64,000 bases of DNA. Source: Lingula anatina (Eukaryota > Animalia > Brachiopoda). Location of the stretch: positions 45,390,401-45,454,400 of the forward strand of contig CM120641.1 in the NCBI GenBank assembly GCA_051362555.1, given 5' to 3'. The notes beneath the pieces are model-generated. The model did no database searches and was not told where the DNA came from. It worked only from the letters and a program-made list of their open reading frames with translations. Below, piece after piece: positions 61,126 to 64,000 of this stretch. A program made the translations under genes and the position numbers. Each line of letters starts with the position of its first letter. The stretch's first letter is position 1.

Positions 61126-63480
61126 TTAGAGTCTTATAACCACCCCAGACATCTGTGGACTTTTCATAGAAGATGTATTTAAGAATGGAATAACTTATTG
61201 TTGTACTTTTTGACAAAACTGCATTATAAGATATTGCATTTACATGCTTTGATTTGATGTATTCATTTAACATGGATGACAAGACTAGCATATGGTCAAG
61301 GCACAATTTGACATCTGGAAGACTTTATTACAGGTCATTTGAAGAAAATTAGGCAATCTTTATGGTTAAACAGGCAGCTGTGAAGAGTATTTCTCTTTTC
61401 CTTTCATTTTATTTTTGCCTCATTGCAGTATTTCCTTTTGCCTAGAATAATTTTGCAGCCATTCTTGATTGTTGCACTGCGTGTGATTTTTCCCAACATT
61501 TTCAGAAGTGTTCCAACAGATTATTTCACTCAATCCCTTATTAGTTTTAGAATAAATACTTGTATGTATTGAAGTAATTGGTTTCCATTGTTTTATTCCA
61601 GTGATTGTAGCTATGTATCCATGGCCACGGGGGACAGTTGAGCAAAAACAAAAGATTTTGAATTGTTTTGTCACAGTCCATGATGTCATTGATATCACAG
61701 GTATGGTGCAGACACATAAACGATCCCTTCAGTACAGTTGTGTAAAATGATCCATTATTGGATGATATAATTTCTAGACAAAATTGTGATTTTTTTTGAC
61801 ATAAATTTAAATCATAGTTTTTCCCCCCATGGCTAGGTTGAGTCATTTGTATTTATTAAATAACCACACCTATCACCTTAATTATGACAGTTTACACAAT
61901 TGTTTTTTCCTACCAGACCAAGACAGAGTGAAGTACCAAAAAATCGTAGGATAATATTTAGACTTCAGTCTGTGATTTTCAAGCTCTAGGGGGTAAAATG
62001 CACTTGATTTGTTCTTTGCTGAAACTTGAAAGATTGTGTAACTTTGACACTTTATTTTTGAAATCAAACAGTGCAGGTCAAGGATGTTAATTAAAGGCAA
62101 ATGTGATGCAGATGGTAAAATGAGACCTGTTTTTTGTTGTTTTTTTTTCCAAGCATTATTCCACGTTTCAAACAATGCCACACTTTGTATTATGACATCA
62201 CTTTCTTTATTGTTTACTAAATATTGAACATTGAGTCTGTACAAAGCACATTTTGAATGTTATTTCTAAAAAATAACTTTGTGTAACTTTTTGTTTGTAG
62301 ATAAAGTTTTTTTGAACAATGGTCAGTTTCTGTTTGAGCTCCTATGTATAACTACATCTTAAAAATCATGTTCTGCAACAGAAGTAGGATCTACATGATA
62401 CCCTTCAAGCTTCTGTTGAGTGAAAAAAAAAGTTGGCTCAATTTTCTTCCAGACTTTCTTGAAATGTATGCCATAACTTATATTTTTTTATTTGCCTGCC
62501 TGTCTAAAACAGATGTAATAGCCCTGTTTGTTTGCATTTTTGCAATTATTGCTACTCAACAACTTCACGAATCGGCTTCCATTTCATTGATGTACAGGCT
62601 CATAAAGTTCCCAATTGTTATCGTAAATTGCCGATTAATGTCCTTTCCCCCTGTTTTTTTGTTAAACTGTGTGTAATTCCTGTTTTAAAGCATTGGAAAG
62701 CTCAAGAGGTGGATTTTCAATTAAAGTTGCTATGGTCAAGAAACATTTAACTGTTATCCTGAAGTTACGAGGAAAAGAAAACAATGCAGATTTCACATAG
62801 ATCTTTGAATAAATGCATAGCTGCATGAAATCAGATTGATTTTTTTTTTTTACATTTTAAATTAATGAATTGATATTTTTTCAATTTTTAAGCTACATTG
62901 CTATCTGTAGTCAAAGAATAACAGAATTTTTCCTAGCTTTCAATCTAAGTTTGGAACTTCAAAAAAGGGGAAAAAAGTAGATTTTGTTATGCTTAATTGC
63001 ATTTCTCTCTCACATTACAGCACTAAGTAAGAGTTTAAAGGCAACATGGTGACATGAATAGAGTGGTTGAAAAGGATCTTCGTTTCCGCCATAAGTGGTA
63101 GTAGATGAATACAACAGCTGGTTGTGGCAACTACTGGTCTCTTCTGGACAAAAAAAGTATTTTCAAGCGTATCTGTGGAGGACCATTCCTTGTAAGTAAG
63201 GCAAGGGAGGGGAGGTACAATGTTGGACTCATTCTAGCATAATATATTTGAGTCAAATGCTAAACAATAAAGTTATAAGTTTAAAGAGAAATGTTAACAA
63301 ATGTACTGTTTTTGCCAGATTTGTCATCACCTTAGCTCAAAAAGTTGGTTTGGTTTCAACTTTCAAGAAAATAAAAAGAGTTCTATCCTAGAGTGAGTAC
63401 AGCAATTTACCGTCATGATATTGCTTCGTTTAAGGTAATTTTATAATTTGGGATGAATATTTATAGAAATTGTAAACTTT

Positions 63481-63943
63481 GGGGCAGTTCACAATGAATT
63501 TATCGACCTCCCTACTGCAACACTAACTCTACAGGGACTCTCGCTGAATGCAATCAGATTAACATGCCTCCTCCTGGCGTTGAGCAGAATGTAGAGAAGC
63601 TGTTTATGGCTGTATTCCCAGAGCTTTTAGATCGATCTATCCCCGCGGGGAGTCTCACTAGATTACTGTCAGATAATCTGGCTTAAATGTCCGTCCCACC
63701 TACTACAAGCTGTAAGGGGGTAATTAACTTTCGTGTCCGCTCGGCTGACAGCTATTTAGCGTGAACCCCCAAGGAGTTAGGTCGATCTAAAGTAGATCGA
63801 TCTAATCTCTGAAAATGGGGTCTATGATAGGAGGACTTTGAAAACAAGAGGACTGTCAGTCAGTTAATCTGATTGCATTCAGCAAGAGTCCCTGTGGAGT
63901 TAGTGCGTAGTAGCTGGATCAATAAATTAATTTTGAAACAGGC
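63481..63943. mobile_element. Foldback MITE related to 29543-29832
   Basis: Arms CACTAACTCTACAGGGACTCTCGCTGAATGCAATCAGATTAAC / GTTAATCTGATTGCATTCAGCAAGAGTCCCTGTGGAGTTAGTG. Confidence 0.8.
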
Positions 63944-64000
63944 AGGTTTCTCAGTCTGTGTACTATAGATATCCTGCGTATCACTATGTATCAGTAGCAG

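Larger units (their letters stand above)
44400..63230 (+). ncRNA. Candidate multi-exon lncRNA (or long non-coding 5' region) with densely structured introns
   Basis: Short exons with good splice sites: to 44593, 47214-47303, 49314-49449, 51118-51238, 52325-52376, 58501-58566, 60642-60705, 63021-63191. There is no recognisable protein. Many multi-helix folds have G-U pairs on the + strand. Confidence 0.55.

Noticed and set aside
44400-63230. Identity as telomerase RNA, RNase P/MRP, tRNA or a MALAT1-type triple helix
   Set aside because: I found no CTAACCCT template, no P4 conserved motifs, no cloverleaf with A/B boxes, and no U-rich/A-rich ENE followed by a tRNA-like unit in this window.

Overview
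This is AT-rich, intron-rich animal genomic DNA, probably from an invertebrate (the species cannot be determined). All gene models were built by hand from GT-AG junctions and reading frame; family calls rest on remembered motifs, not database searches. From left to right: (1) the 3' part of a PGAP1 GPI inositol-deacylase gene (+, 125-12171), with a 483-aa basic low-complexity ORF nested antisense in its largest intron; (2) an intact caspase-3/7-like gene (-, 12678-16873, six coding exons, about 371 aa). It reads QADEE instead of QACxG, lacks both S1-pocket arginines and has no linker Asp, so it is a probable pseudo-caspase. A perfect kappaB palindrome and transposon-borne IRF-E motifs lie at its 5' end; (3) a RUSC1/2 (iporin)-like RUN+SH3 gene (+, 30341-42738) with a 4.9-kb exon and tandemly duplicated splice sites around a RUN exon; (4) a + strand unit from about 44.4 kb to near the window end, made of short exons with no coherent ORF. 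Its introns hold more than 15 multi-branched RNA-like folds rich in G-U pairs, making it a candidate large structured non-coding RNA locus. Many MITE/foldback elements and microsatellites are interspersed.
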